A stretch of 63,953 bases of DNA, the filler included, from Octopus bimaculoides (Eukaryota), in the NCBI RefSeq assembly GCF_001194135.2. It is 7 parts of 6 records of this genome, joined end to end, with 100 filler letters (N's around TTAATTAATTAA, not from the genome) between each part and the next. Parts side by side here need not be neighbours in the genome. Positions count along the whole stretch, not along the records: positions 19,813 to 40,741 come from NC_068981.1; positions 40,842 to 49,234 come from NC_068996.1; 5 more parts are not named here. One strand, given 5' to 3'. The first letter of the stretch is position 1, and the number at the start of each line of letters is the position of its first letter. Below, in pieces: positions 35,735 to 47,181 of the stretch. Position numbers and translations under genes: made by a program. The notes beneath the pieces are model-generated. The model did no database searches and was not told where the DNA came from. It worked only from the letters and a program-made list of their open reading frames with translations.

Positions 35735-36075
35735 TTAGAAACATGCTATTTCCATGCATTTATTTTCTTTTAGCTCCTTCAGATTTGATGAGAGTAGGGA
35801 ACAATATAGAGACAAGAATTTCTAAATATAAGAAAATATTAAAAAAAAAAAAAACATTGAAACTGCATTTTGGGTGCTTTTAAGTTCACATGTGATTGTA
35901 AGCATTCAAATTTGGTCTTTAGTTTGAGGATAATTCTCTCCTTGACCCCAAAATCCAGTGCATGACCATTCTCTCTTTAACTAAGTCGAAACAATAAAGA
36001 TAATGGAAACCCCTTATACTAAACATAACTCAAAACTTTAGATTTAAAATATAGTTTTTTTTTTCTTGAAATAAC

Positions 36076-36137
36076 TTTATAATTCATAGACAAAGGACCA
36101 AGATATATGGCACATCGCTGTACATAAGAAGACCCAT
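36076..36137 (-). CDS. Gene 3 candidate exon (DGSSYVQRCAIYLGPLSMNYK)
   Basis: caattttgctgttgtag|AT, phase 1 to 0; weak donor AAA|gttatt. Confidence 0.45.
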
Positions 36138-36165
36138 CTACAACAGCAAAATTGATACTACCGCT

Positions 36166-36660
36166 CATGCCACATAAAAAGCACTGGTGATGGTGTCACG
36201 TAAAAAGCACTGGGGATTGTGCTACGTAAAAAGCACTGGTGATCATGCCACGTAACAAGCACTGGTGATGGCGCCACATAAAAAGTACTGGTGATCATGT
36301 CACGTTAAAAGCACTGGTGATCATGCCACGTAACAAGCACTGGTGATGGTGCCACGTAAAAAGCACTGGTGATGGTGCCACGTAAAAAGCACTGGTGATG
36401 GTGCCACATAAAAAGCATTGGTGATAGCGCCATGTGAAAAGCACTGATGCTGGTTCCATATAAAAAGCACTGATGCTGGTTCCACATATAAAGCACCCAG
36501 TACACTCTGTAAAGTGGTTGGCATCAGCAAGGGCATCCAGCCAGAGAAACCATACCAGAACAGACAATCGAAGCCTGGTGCTACCCCCAGCCTTAACAGC
36601 TCGTGTCAAACTGTCCAATCTATACCAGCATAGAAAACAGATGTTAACTGATGATGATGC
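36166..36660 (+). mobile_element. SINE family B with 13 x 26-bp tandem array
   Basis: Unit gtgccacgtaaaaagcactggtgatg, then cccagtacactctgtaaagtggttggc body and (GAT)n tail. Confidence 0.85.
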
Positions 36661-36811
36661 TTCTGTTCACACGGAATGGGTAATGCTTATTCATTATAAA
36701 GGCTGGTCACAGCTGGAACTGGACTAAATGAGAGCTAAACAACAACATCAGTGTTACAATCAATTAATCTACAAACATTTCTATTACTTTCTAGATCATC
36801 TCCTAAAGATA

Positions 36812-37010
36812 TGTCGTCGTCGTCGTTTAACGTCCGCTTTCCATGCTAGCATGGGTTGGACGATTTGACTGAGGACTGGTGAAACCAGATGGCTACACCA
36901 GGCTCCAATNNNNNNNNNNGACGATTTGACTGAGGACTGGTGAAACCAGATGGCTACACCAGGCTCCAATCTGATTTGGCAGAGTTTCTACAGCTGGATG
37001 CCCTTCCTAA
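36812..37010 (-). mobile_element. SINE family B
   Basis: Same sequence as 1341; spans a 10-N gap with a duplicated overlap. Confidence 0.8.
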
Positions 37011-37554
37011 AGTCAACCACTAGTTTCAGAAAATATAATCATTCACTAATTTTAGCAATAGGATTACGACCATGCTGGAGCATCACTGTGAAGGCTTTAT
37101 TCAATAGAATAAACACCAGTATTTACTTTTAGTCTTGTACTTATTCTATCATGAAGGCACATGGCCTAGTGGTTAGGCTGTTGGACTCAATATCGCTAGA
37201 CCAAGGGTTCAATTCCTTGATTGGGCAGTGTTTTGTGTTCTTGAGCAAAACACTTCATTTCACGTTGCTTCAGTCCCCTCTTTCAATCTGAAAGGAATAT
37301 TGGCCTGCTCACTTACTCAATGGGGTAACATAATTTGAAGGCAAAAAAAAGCGCATTGTGACCAGCGATGTGTAACAACGTCTGATAGCCTGATCAGTCA
37401 CATGATCACTTATTCTATCAGTCACTTTCTGTATGACCAATAAGTTATGGCAGCATAAACAAACCAACACCGTTTGCCAAGACAAGCACAAATAAAAAGA
37501 TGCACATGTTCACACACACACACACACACACACAAGATGCTGCACAGTTTCCAT

Positions 37555-37910
37555 CATCATCATCATCATTTAACATCTGTTTTCTATGCTGGCATGGGTT
37601 TGGACAGTTTGACACGAGCTAATAAGGCTGAGAGCTGCACCAGGTTCCATTGTCTGTTTTGGTAGAGTTTCTACAGCTGGAACCCTTCCCAATGTTAACC
37701 ACTTTACAGAGTGTACTGGATACATTTTATGTGACACCAGCATTTGTGCCTTTTATGTGGCACCAGTGCCAATTTCTTTTTACATGGCACCAGTGCCTGT
37801 GCATTTTGCATGGCACCAACACAGGTGCTTTTTATGTGGCACCAGCACTTGTGCCTTTTATGTGGAACCAGCACCAATAGGGTCACCAAGTGCCTTGCAA
37901 GACTGAAAAG
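37555..37910 (-). mobile_element. SINE family B with short 26-bp array
   Basis: (CAT)n tail; repeated gtgccttttatgtggcaccag. Confidence 0.75.
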
Positions 37911-38286
37911 AATTCTCAATTGAGAAGTGGGAGGGGAGTAGTATTGAGTGGGTGTGGTTTTGTGCCAGTTGAGAGATATAAGGTACAGAGGGGACAGATA
38001 TAGGTGTCTTGCTTGAGAGTAAATACATGGAGACCCCAGTTGAAAAAAGAAAGGGAGAGTGAGTTGGAGAGCGAGATAAAGAGAGTGCAAGAGATGATGG
38101 CAGAGATGTGTCAGGACATGCCCCCTTGTTCACAAGGTACTGTTTGGTCCAGCCCTTTACTGAAAGATATTTACCCAAAGTGCTGTACGGTGGAACTGAA
38201 ACTGAAATCAGTCATAAAGCAAACTTCTGAACCCACACAGCCATGCCTGCATCTATAGAAATTTATTTTAACCAAGCTAGTTTAAC

Positions 38287-38590
38287 TGTGGAGGCACTTG
38301 GCCTAGTGATTAGAGCAGCGGACTCGCAGTCGAGGGATCGCAGGTTCAAATCTAAGACTGGGCAATGTGTGTGTTTATGAGCAAAACGCCTAAGCTCCAC
38401 GCGGCTCCAGCAGAAGGTAATGGCAAAACACTGCAGACGATTTCACCACAACTTTCTCTTACTCTTTCCTCCTGCATCTAGCAGCTCACCTGTGACGGAC
38501 CAGCATCTCATCCAGGTAGGGAACCTATATGCCAAAGAAACCGGGAAACCAGCCCTTATGAGCCTGGCATGGCTCAAGAAGGAATAAACT
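38287..38590 (+). mobile_element. SINE family D variant
   Basis: ggaggcacttggcctagtgattagagcagcggactcgcag head. Confidence 0.7.
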
Positions 38591-38655
38591 AGGTTAACTA
38601 TTAACCATAACATACATAACCTTAATTATTCGTTAACAAAAACGTTTCATCATAC

Positions 38656-38701
38656 CTTCTTCATCGACTGGTAAACTTTGAAGTTTCTCCAAAAGAAGTT
38701 G
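38656..38701 (-). CDS. Gene 3 exon (QLLLEKLQSLPVDEE; alternative frame NFFWRNFKVYQSMKK)
   Basis: tttttttcttttacag|CAA...GAAG|gtatga; 46 nt with strong sites. Confidence 0.6.
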
Positions 38702-38801
38702 CTGTAAAAGAAAAAAAAAAAATTAATTTTTAATCAATGATTTATTTTCAATCAATACAAGGTTAATTACAGGAAGATAAGAGTATATTCAACAGAATCA
38801 C

Positions 38802-38846
38802 CATAAATGTCTTTGTACTTCTTTTATCCAGAAGTAAAATCAAAAC
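38802..38846 (-). CDS. Gene 3 candidate exon (VLILLLDKRSTKTFM)
   Basis: ttcctgttggtgtcag|GTT...ATG|gtgatt; phase 0 to 0; 100-nt intron to the next exon. Confidence 0.4.
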
Positions 38847-39974
38847 CTGACACCAACAGGAATTGAAACTAAACCATAAATTTGGGAAGAACAAACCATA
38901 AAGATTCTAATTTTGTTACTTTTATGTCAAACTTACAGTCTAAATATCATTGTTAGTATACTATTTTATTTTTCTCTCACAAGCCATTATTATTACAGTA
39001 TGGTATTGTATTTTTAAAAAAAAAAAGTTAATAAAATAAAATTTAAAAAACTTGATTATGAGAAGACGATTTTCAGAAAAAGTATTTGGTGCAACCCACA
39101 CAATAGACTGCTTTGCTTGCAAATGGCTATTCTTCAGCAACATTCTCATCATCCTAGGAATATCTTCCTTCGGGTTGAGCTATTAGTCATTAGCTTGGTT
39201 ATTTTTAATAGAATACTTCTATAGAAAGCATTGTCAGACAAACGCCCACAGTTTTTACATCAGAGGTTTTTTTTTTCATCACAAGGCTAACCCATATACA
39301 GGCTAGAATCACAAGACTAACCATATACATGCTAACATAACAAAAAGTAGTTCTTCCACTGTTTATATTCAGCATTATGGGAAAAAGAGGATAGCAGAAC
39401 CAGATGAGCTATTAAGTTACAATGAAACTGGTCAGTCAGCTCTCATCCCAAGCAGCTGGGACAGCTCTCAGGAGCCTGATTTCACATGAAACTAGCTTTT
39501 TACGTGCTAATGCCATGTAAAAAACACTCATGCTGGTGCCACATAAAAAGCACCCAGTATACTCTGTGGAGGTGTGCATTAAGAAGGGCATCCAACTACA
39601 GAAACCATGCCAAAACAGAGAATTGGAACCCAGTGCAGCTCTCTGGATTGCCAGCTTCTGTCAGGCTGTCCAACCCATGCCAGCATGGAAAACAGACATT
39701 AAATGATGATGATGATGTTTATATATGTTTAACATCATGAAATTTAATTGCTATTTCCATAACTTTTACAAGAAAATGAAAGAGGAGAACAAAAAAAACA
39801 AAACAAATATGTACTGTGAGAGGAAATGCACATCAAACACATCAAATCTAATTAAACACTTGATTAGATAAAATACTTGTTAATAAATGACTGTTATGGA
39901 CAAACCAGCTCTAAAGAAAATCTCTTTAGTAAACTGTCTGTGGTTCATATAATATCATCCTACACAACGTACTG

Positions 39975-40637
39975 AGTTCTGTGTTTGAGAAGACCTGCTG
40001 AGTCAAGTGAAATCGCAGTCGTGGGTGATGCCAATGCCGCCCGACTGGCACCCGTGCTGGTGACACATAATAAGCACCATCTGAATGTGGTCGATGCCAG
40101 TGCCCCACTGACTGGCTCCCATGCCAGTGGGACATAAAAAGCACCTTCTGAACATGGTCGAAGCCAGTGCCCCCTGACTGGTTCCCATGCCAGTGGCATG
40201 TGAAAAGTACATTCTGAACATGGTCAAGGTCAAGCCAGTGCCTCCTGACTGGCTCCCATGCCGGTGGGACGTAAAAAGCACTTTCCAAACATGGTCGAAG
40301 TCTGTGCCACTCCGACTGGCTCCTGTGCCGGTGGGACGTAAAAAGCACCTTCCAAACATGGTCGAAGTCTGTGCCCCCCAACTGGCTCCTGTGCCGGTGG
40401 CATGTAAAAAGCACCATCTGAACATGGTCAATGCCAGTGCCTCCCGACTGGCTCCTGTGCATGTAAAAAGCACCTTCCGAATGTGATCGAAGCCAGTTCC
40501 CACCGACTAGCTCCATTGTCAGTGGCATGTAAAAAGTACCTTCCAAATGTCATCGAAGCCAGTGCCCCCACCCCCACGACTGGCTCTCATGCCAGTGGCA
40601 CATAAAAAGCACCCACTACACTCTTGGAGTGGTTGGC
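39975..40637 (+). mobile_element. SINE family B with 9 x ~66-bp tandem array, 3'-truncated
   Basis: Unit atggtcgaagccagtgccccctgactggctcccatgccagtggcatgtaaaaagcaccttctgaac; ends cccactacactcttggagtggttggc. Confidence 0.85.
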
Positions 40638-40954
40638 TCTACTTTTTTTGTACTTTTTTTATTTTTATTATACGTCTTTTTAGTGTATTTACTTATTAAA
40701 TTTTTCTATATGTGATTGTGGATTTTCATGGATGAATTAAANNNNNNNNNNNNNNNNNNNNNNNNNNNNNNNNNNNNNNNNNNNNTTAATTAATTAANNN
40801 NNNNNNNNNNNNNNNNNNNNNNNNNNNNNNNNNNNNNNNNNATATATATATATATATATATATATATATACTGCAAGAAGAATAAGAAGAACAGTTACTC
40901 CACCATATGGAATTTGAGCAAACTATGTTATTTGATAAAAAAAGAAATTCTTAT

Positions 40955-41850
40955 ACCTACGTTTGAATTACTTTCCTTATTACTCTTCTAAATATACATA
41001 CATTCGCACACAAGCTCATCTCTATATAATGAATATGATCATGGTAATTTTTTTTATCGCAAAATATATCGTCCTCCCTTGTGAAAAAATTCCATTCCGC
41101 TATTATTCTGCGTCTCAGTTTTTCTGTATTTGATACATTAACCGACATAGGTATTTGTGATCATCTACTTTCTCTATTACTGTGTCTTCCATCCATATAT
41201 CGTCTCCTATGTTGCAATTTGTCATATACTTCTTCGTTCCCTGGTGTATGTTCAACCCCGCTTTCTTCAACGATCTATTTAATTTTGTTGAGTTGTCTTT
41301 CCGATTCCCATTACTAGTGATTGCTCTGTCATCCACACAATGTGGAACTGTTAAGGACTCGCCGCTTATCATTATTCACTTCAACTTTGATCATTAAAAA
41401 AGGGAAAAATATAATCAACCAATGTGGTTTGCCAACTGTAGTGTATAAGAACGGAAGATGGAAGGCGTACCTTTCATCTCGCGAAGAAGAAAAAAAGAAA
41501 AGAAAAAAGTGACAATGGAATAAGCAATGAAAGAAGAATATTGATTATTATATTCTTGAAAGATAGAATTAGATGTGTTGAAATAAGATAGAAGACAGAA
41601 GTCAGATAATATATACTTGAAGAAATAGGAAGAACAAAGAAGAAGAAGGCAGAAGGCTTGACCAGAATAAAGGACAGTTGTAGATGGATATAAAGAACCA
41701 TGGAATGGATTCCATGAGTGGGGATACGTAGGAGGAGTATATAGAAAGGGAGATGGAGTGATAACACTGAAGAATACATGGAGGCAATAAGGAAGAGGAG
41801 GGAGAAATTGGTTTGACCAAGAATGACAATGAGAAGAGAGGTGTGTGACA
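40955..41850. mobile_element. RTE-clade LINE relic with inverted 5' part
   Basis: - strand RT (GESLTVPHCVDD...KAGLNIHQGTKKYM...IEKVDDHKYL); + strand C-terminus (NQCGLPTVVY...KDRIRCVEIR...TMEWIP...GRWSD). Confidence 0.7.
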
Positions 41851-42334
41851 ATGGATAATCCAAAATTGGATTGCTATATACTGAATAAATATGTAAGAAA
41901 ATATACCAGGCTGAGTCAAAAGTTTTTTTCTTATATTCACTGATGACGTTTTTGACAATCAGTCGGACGCTGACACTCGTTGATGCTGCATCGAAGAGGC
42001 CAGGGAATAGAAGGAAGAAGACATGCACCCAACACCAAAGCTGAAGACACCTCCGAAAGGGGGTGGCCCCGCCACGTCAAAACGGTAGAGGAGTAGGGGC
42101 CGAAACCGGACGTGGTTCCTCCTGATGATGTCTTGAGCTAACTGGATCCTATAAAGGAGCTGTTGTGGTAGCAGACCACGAAACATGGTTGAAATTCCTA
42201 GGCAATTGTATCTTCATATTATATCCTTGATTCGATACAAATTGTTGTCTAAACATTGCTGAATTGTTTATTGTTTTTTTTGTTTTCATACAAAACATAT
42301 AAACATTAATTGTTTATATGTTAATACCTTGATA

Positions 42335-43355
42335 ATGAGTGGTAAAATAATTGCAATTGGAGCCATTTTACGCTACCTGCTGTAAAAAGGACTAAGTTCA
42401 CGGTCAGCGACAAAAAAGAAACTAACGATGTAGAAAGCCTAGGAACTGTCAACAAACGTGTGGCACAAAACTGGTTCAGATGTTTCAAGGAAGGTGGCAC
42501 CAGCTTCGCAGATAAACTAAAACCAGTGAGACCTTCTGTTGTGGAAGAGAGACCTTGCTTGGAATGGTTGAAGAACAGACAAACACAAGTTCTTGTTCCT
42601 TGTCGGCAGAACTTGATCCTTCACGAATTGCCATCACTCGACATCTACAATAGCTCAGCCTTGTGAAAGACGCTGTCGAGAAGCTCCACATGAACTGACA
42701 AATGACCAGGCTCAACGACTGTGAATATTTGCAAACAACCGCAAACATAACCTTGAAATACCTGTTTTTAGCTTCGAATTGTAACTGGGGATGAAAAATG
42801 GATCTATTTTCGTAATTCTAATCAGAGAAAGCAGTGGTGTCGTTCCGGCCAGGTTTCAGAACCTGTTGTCAAACAAAGGCGGTTTGAACAGAAATTCATA
42901 TTGTATGTTTAGTGGAATTTTGTGAAGGTGTAGCATTTTAAGCTTGTCTCAGATAGTCATGTTGTGAACGCTAACCTTTTTGTTCAACACCTGCAGCGAG
43001 TATACGATGCTTTGAAAGCCTGCTAGCTAGTATAAGTCAATCGAAGATGTGCGATCCTACAGTGACAATATCCCAGCGCACACTATCAATGTAACAAAGT
43101 GCAAACTTGAAGAATCCGTGGGGTTGGAAGTGCTGCCTTACCCAGACCTTGCACCATCAGATTAGCATCTTTTCGGAGCCGTACGTCATTTTCTGCACGG
43201 CCAGAGGTCCAACAATGTGGATGAAGTTGAAAACGTGGGGTGCATGGAAGTTTTAGCCTTTAAACCAATCAAAATTACATAAGCGTGGGTATGAGGTTCT
43301 AGCACAACAATGGAAATAGACATTAGAACATGATCGGATATACTTTGATGAATAA
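42335..43355 (+). pseudogene. Degenerate mariner (DD34D-type) transposase
   Basis: VAQNWFRCFKEG, VTGDEKWIYF and YPDLAPSD motifs, with stops and frameshifts. Confidence 0.85.
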
Positions 43356-43489
43356 ACGCTTTTTGCATGTAATTTGTCTGAATTAATAATTAAAGCCTGA
43401 AATACGAGAAAAACACTTTCTACTAAAAATGTTATGAATGAATATGCCCATTCCCACGGCTAAGAGTCGAAAGCCTCAAATACACCTCA

Positions 43490-44100
43490 TTACTGACTGT
43501 GAGAAATCTTGTGCTGTAACTGCATGACTTGGCCAGGGGCCTCTGTCCAGTCCTTGATATCATAACTCCATTTTAATCTCGCGGGTTTGTTTTCCGTCCG
43601 CTGAACACCCGAGAAAATGGGTGTAGTGGTTCAGAATAACTGTTATTCTGTTATCGTTGACTGATCATTGTCACCAAATTTCATTTCACTTCCAACTGCC
43701 TCTATTTAAACTGGTTTGTATTAGGGGCCTCATTCAATCCATAATGCTAGCCTATAACGTGTCATCTCGAACGCCTTCAATCGCTAGGTACGAACCTCTC
43801 CACCTTATAGTCTATATTTCATGCTTCTCACCCGTACTGGTCAAACGAGGGTCTTCAGGAGTTCAGCTTGATGCTCTGACTGAAAGAGAATTCTCTCCGC
43901 ACATTGCCGAGAGTCCTTAGAGCTGAATCAAGACTTGTTCAGATTTCCTGGTTGTAAATAAAATTTTTGCTACTAGACAAAGGGATGCGCCATGATAGTT
44001 AGCTTCTCTAATGTCTTCATGACAAAATTTGATACACAGTTATACAATAGAGACATATATACAATAGATACAATAGAGACATTCAAATCCCTGCACGGCC
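43490..44100 (-). mobile_element. RTE-type LINE 3' fragment
   Basis: LKTLV*PV...RLKAFEMTRYRL resembles the post-RT AFEM.CYRR motif. Confidence 0.5.
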
Positions 44101-44179
44101 GGTCATAAATCTGTTTTCTGGTTAAAGTTCATTGATAACGTCTTTTTTCTTGTCTGAGAAGGAACGCAAGATAACTGAA

Positions 44180-44825
44180 TTATGCTTTTGCATTTTTGTA
44201 AGTCCGACATAAAATTCTCATCGCGGTTTTCAAAAGGAGGCGCCAATTTTTTGGACACAAATGTTTAGTCTTCAGAAGGCCGCATAGTGACAGAATTATT
44301 TTGCAAACCTGCATCGTCCTACATTTATCTTCACAGCCACTCCGATCATCCACTCCATACAACTAAATCAAATCAGAAGTCCGATTTTTGAGATTAAAAC
44401 GGATTTGTATTCACATAACGGATTATTGGAAACATGCAAATGATTTTGTGCGCCATTATGTCAAACGTTGTTATAGTGAATCACGATTGAAGGGAATCGC
44501 AAATGTTACAGATAACATTAGCAATGAATGTCAAACTTTCACGCCTAATTATAGCAAACTAAAATTTATACCCGAATTCCTTTAGTAATTAACTGGCACC
44601 AAAATTTCGCTAGCATTTCAAAAGTGTTGCACGAAAGTTACCAACGAATTTCAGATTATTGCAGAAATGTGATTTATATAAAAGATGAGACCTGTGACGA
44701 TTCGCATTTGGTGTACGCGCCTAAATGCACCGAACATAACTTGATTTATGTTGGTTACACAACAGAAATTTTAAACAATAGATTCAATAGTCATACGTAC
44801 AACGTCAGGTATAATATTTGTTAGA
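44180..44825 (+). mobile_element. Penelope-like element fragment (RT thumb plus GIY-YIG endonuclease)
   Basis: FLDTNV...ELFCKP...YLHSHSDHP...LRLKRIC, then TCDDSHLVYAPKCTEHNLIYVGYTT..LNNRFNSH. Confidence 0.75.
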
Positions 44826-45047
44826 ATTTGTTTTTAGAAATTATAGTCAGCACTGATTTTGTTACACCATTTCGTATCGAAGTATGCCTAATGTAGACAA
44901 CAATGAGATCGAAGATGAAAAATGCATAATGGGTGTATATGCCATGTTTCACGAGGTTTTACTCCTTCGTCAGCACCCATTCATCACATTAAACCTCAAC
45001 TCATTGCTTAAATAACCACAAAAGTATAGCTGTGCAACATTATTCTT

Positions 45048-45465
45048 TCTACACTGGGCACATGGCCCAAACTTTTTGAAGACGGGGTCCAGTCGATTAG
45101 ATCGAACCCAGTAAGCAACTGGTACTTAATTTATCGACCCGGAAAGGATGAAAGGCAAAGTCACCCTCTTTTGAACGTAAAGACAGACGAAATACCGCTA
45201 AGCATTTTGCCCGGCGTGCTAACGTTTCTCATTTCTTTACTGCCCACAAATGGCTAAACACAGAGGGGACAAACAAGGACAGACAAACCGGTTAAGTCGA
45301 TTATATCGACCCCAGTAACTGGTACTTATTTAATCGATCCCATAAGGATGAAAGATAAAGTCGACCTCGGCGGAATTTGAACTAAGAGCGTAACGGCAGA
45401 CGAAATACGGCTAAACATTTCGCCCGGCGTGCTAACGTTTCTGCCAGTTCGCCGCCTTCGCGGTG
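45048..45465 (-). mobile_element. Two adjacent SINE family C copies
   Basis: Two aaggatgaaag...cggcgtgctaacgtttct units. Confidence 0.75.
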
Positions 45466-46096
45466 TAACGTTATTGACGCAAGAGTAGCTGTGTGGTAAG
45501 AAGCTTGCTTCCCAACCACACGGTCTGGGTTCAGCCCCACTGCATCGCACCTTGAGCAAATGTCCCCCATACCATCGCTTGACAACCAATGTTGGTGTGT
45601 TTACGTCCCCGTCATTTAGCGGTTCTTAAGAACTACATAGGGGATCATAAAGAAAATTTAAAAGATTCGAATATTAACAGAAGTGATCGGTTACGATCGC
45701 TTCCATCATCAGAATTAAAAACATGTTGACTGTTAAAGGAATAGGTTTGTAGTTGAAAATATAAGACTAGTCATTTCCTATATATGTGTGTGGAGAGAAT
45801 GGGAGAGAGAGAGAGAAAGAGGGCGAGAGAGAGAGAAGAGAGAGAGAATTGTATTGCTTTGTGGTTAGCGTGTTGGACGCGTGATCGTAAGATAGTAGTT
45901 TCAGTTCCTGAACCGGTTGATTCGTTCTGTTCTTCAGCAAAACACTTCGTTCGTTTCCTGTTGCTCCAGTTCACTCACCTAGCATATAAAAAAAGAGTAT
46001 TCTTGCAACGGTCGGGCATCTCGTGTAGTGAGGTGTATATACGCCACAGAATCCGGGAAACATGTTCTATGAGTCTATATCACACGAAAATGAGTT

Positions 46097-46158
<62 letters not shown>

Positions 46159-46189
46159 GCATACATGCAAACGTACATACATCAAAATA

Positions 46190-46425
46190 CGTGAGGGATC
46201 TTCATGGAATAGGGGCAGATGTTTTCAAGAAATAACTTGATTTCCTGATGCCCAACATCCATGACGAACCTATATCATAGCAAGAAACTAAAAAGAGGGT
46301 AGCTGCGTCGAACTCCTTCCTTCACCATAAAGCAAATCGCATCAGAATGGCAACTGAAAAGATGATTACACCGGCGGTGCACCAGCATGCCCACAGCTTT
46401 TGGGCTGAAACATATAAAAGAAATA
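46190..46425 (+). mobile_element. CR1-like LINE 3' end
   Basis: LRDLHGIGADVFKK*LDFL..NIHDEP...AASNSFLHH, then a tail shared with SINE A. Confidence 0.65.
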
Positions 46426-46427
46426 TA

Positions 46428-46909
46428 GGATCTTTCTGATTTGGCGGGCGCCACTTGTTTTCTTAACGAAACACTTTCAAACTTGGGACACTGGTAGAAT
46501 GTGTCATATAAAATATCTTTTACTCTTAGTGTTATTGAGAAAATTTTATCTTTTTAAAGTTATTTCGTGTTAAAATTGTCGTATTTTGGTAATTTCAACC
46601 AATCACAGACGTCTATTGAGGTGAAAACAATTACTGCTGTGGAATGTAAACAACATGTTCTAGCGGTGTAATGGGATCTTTTCCCTTGAATAAAATTAGT
46701 GCCGTTGTTTTCATCCCAATAGACGTCAGTGATTGGTTGAAATTACCGAAATACGACAATTTTTTACATGAAATAACTTCGAATACAAACATTTCTATCT
46801 ATTCTATAACACAAAATATACAAGTATACGAAGTTTTAAAGTGTTTCGGTAGAAAGCACCCTAAATAAAACATAAATAAAAAGTGGCGCCCGCCAAATCA
46901 GAAAGATCC
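46428..46909. mobile_element. MITE with perfect 29-bp TIRs and internal inverted repeats
   Basis: ggatctttctgatttggcgggcgccactt / aagtggcgcccgccaaatcagaaagatcc; partial second copy at 62169-62320. Confidence 0.85.
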
Positions 46910-46923
46910 CCCCACACACACAG

Positions 46924-47079
<156 letters not shown>

Positions 47080-47181
47080 GTATATATTAAAGAAATAATT
47101 AAGATTCAGTTGAATTAGGTACTTATGCTGAAACACCAAGTCAGTCCGGTATTATCCACACACCTCGAAAGTGAATAAAAT

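Noticed and set aside
36860-36960. Direct 50-bp duplication in a SINE
   Set aside because: It flanks a 10-N gap, typical of overlapping contig ends.
38961-39180. - strand ORF LNPKEDIPRMMRMLLKNSHLQAKQ as a gene 3 exon
   Set aside because: No credible donor, and a poor acceptor.
40020-40615. CRISPR array
   Set aside because: The whole unit repeats, there are no unique spacers and no cas genes, and the context is a eukaryotic SINE.
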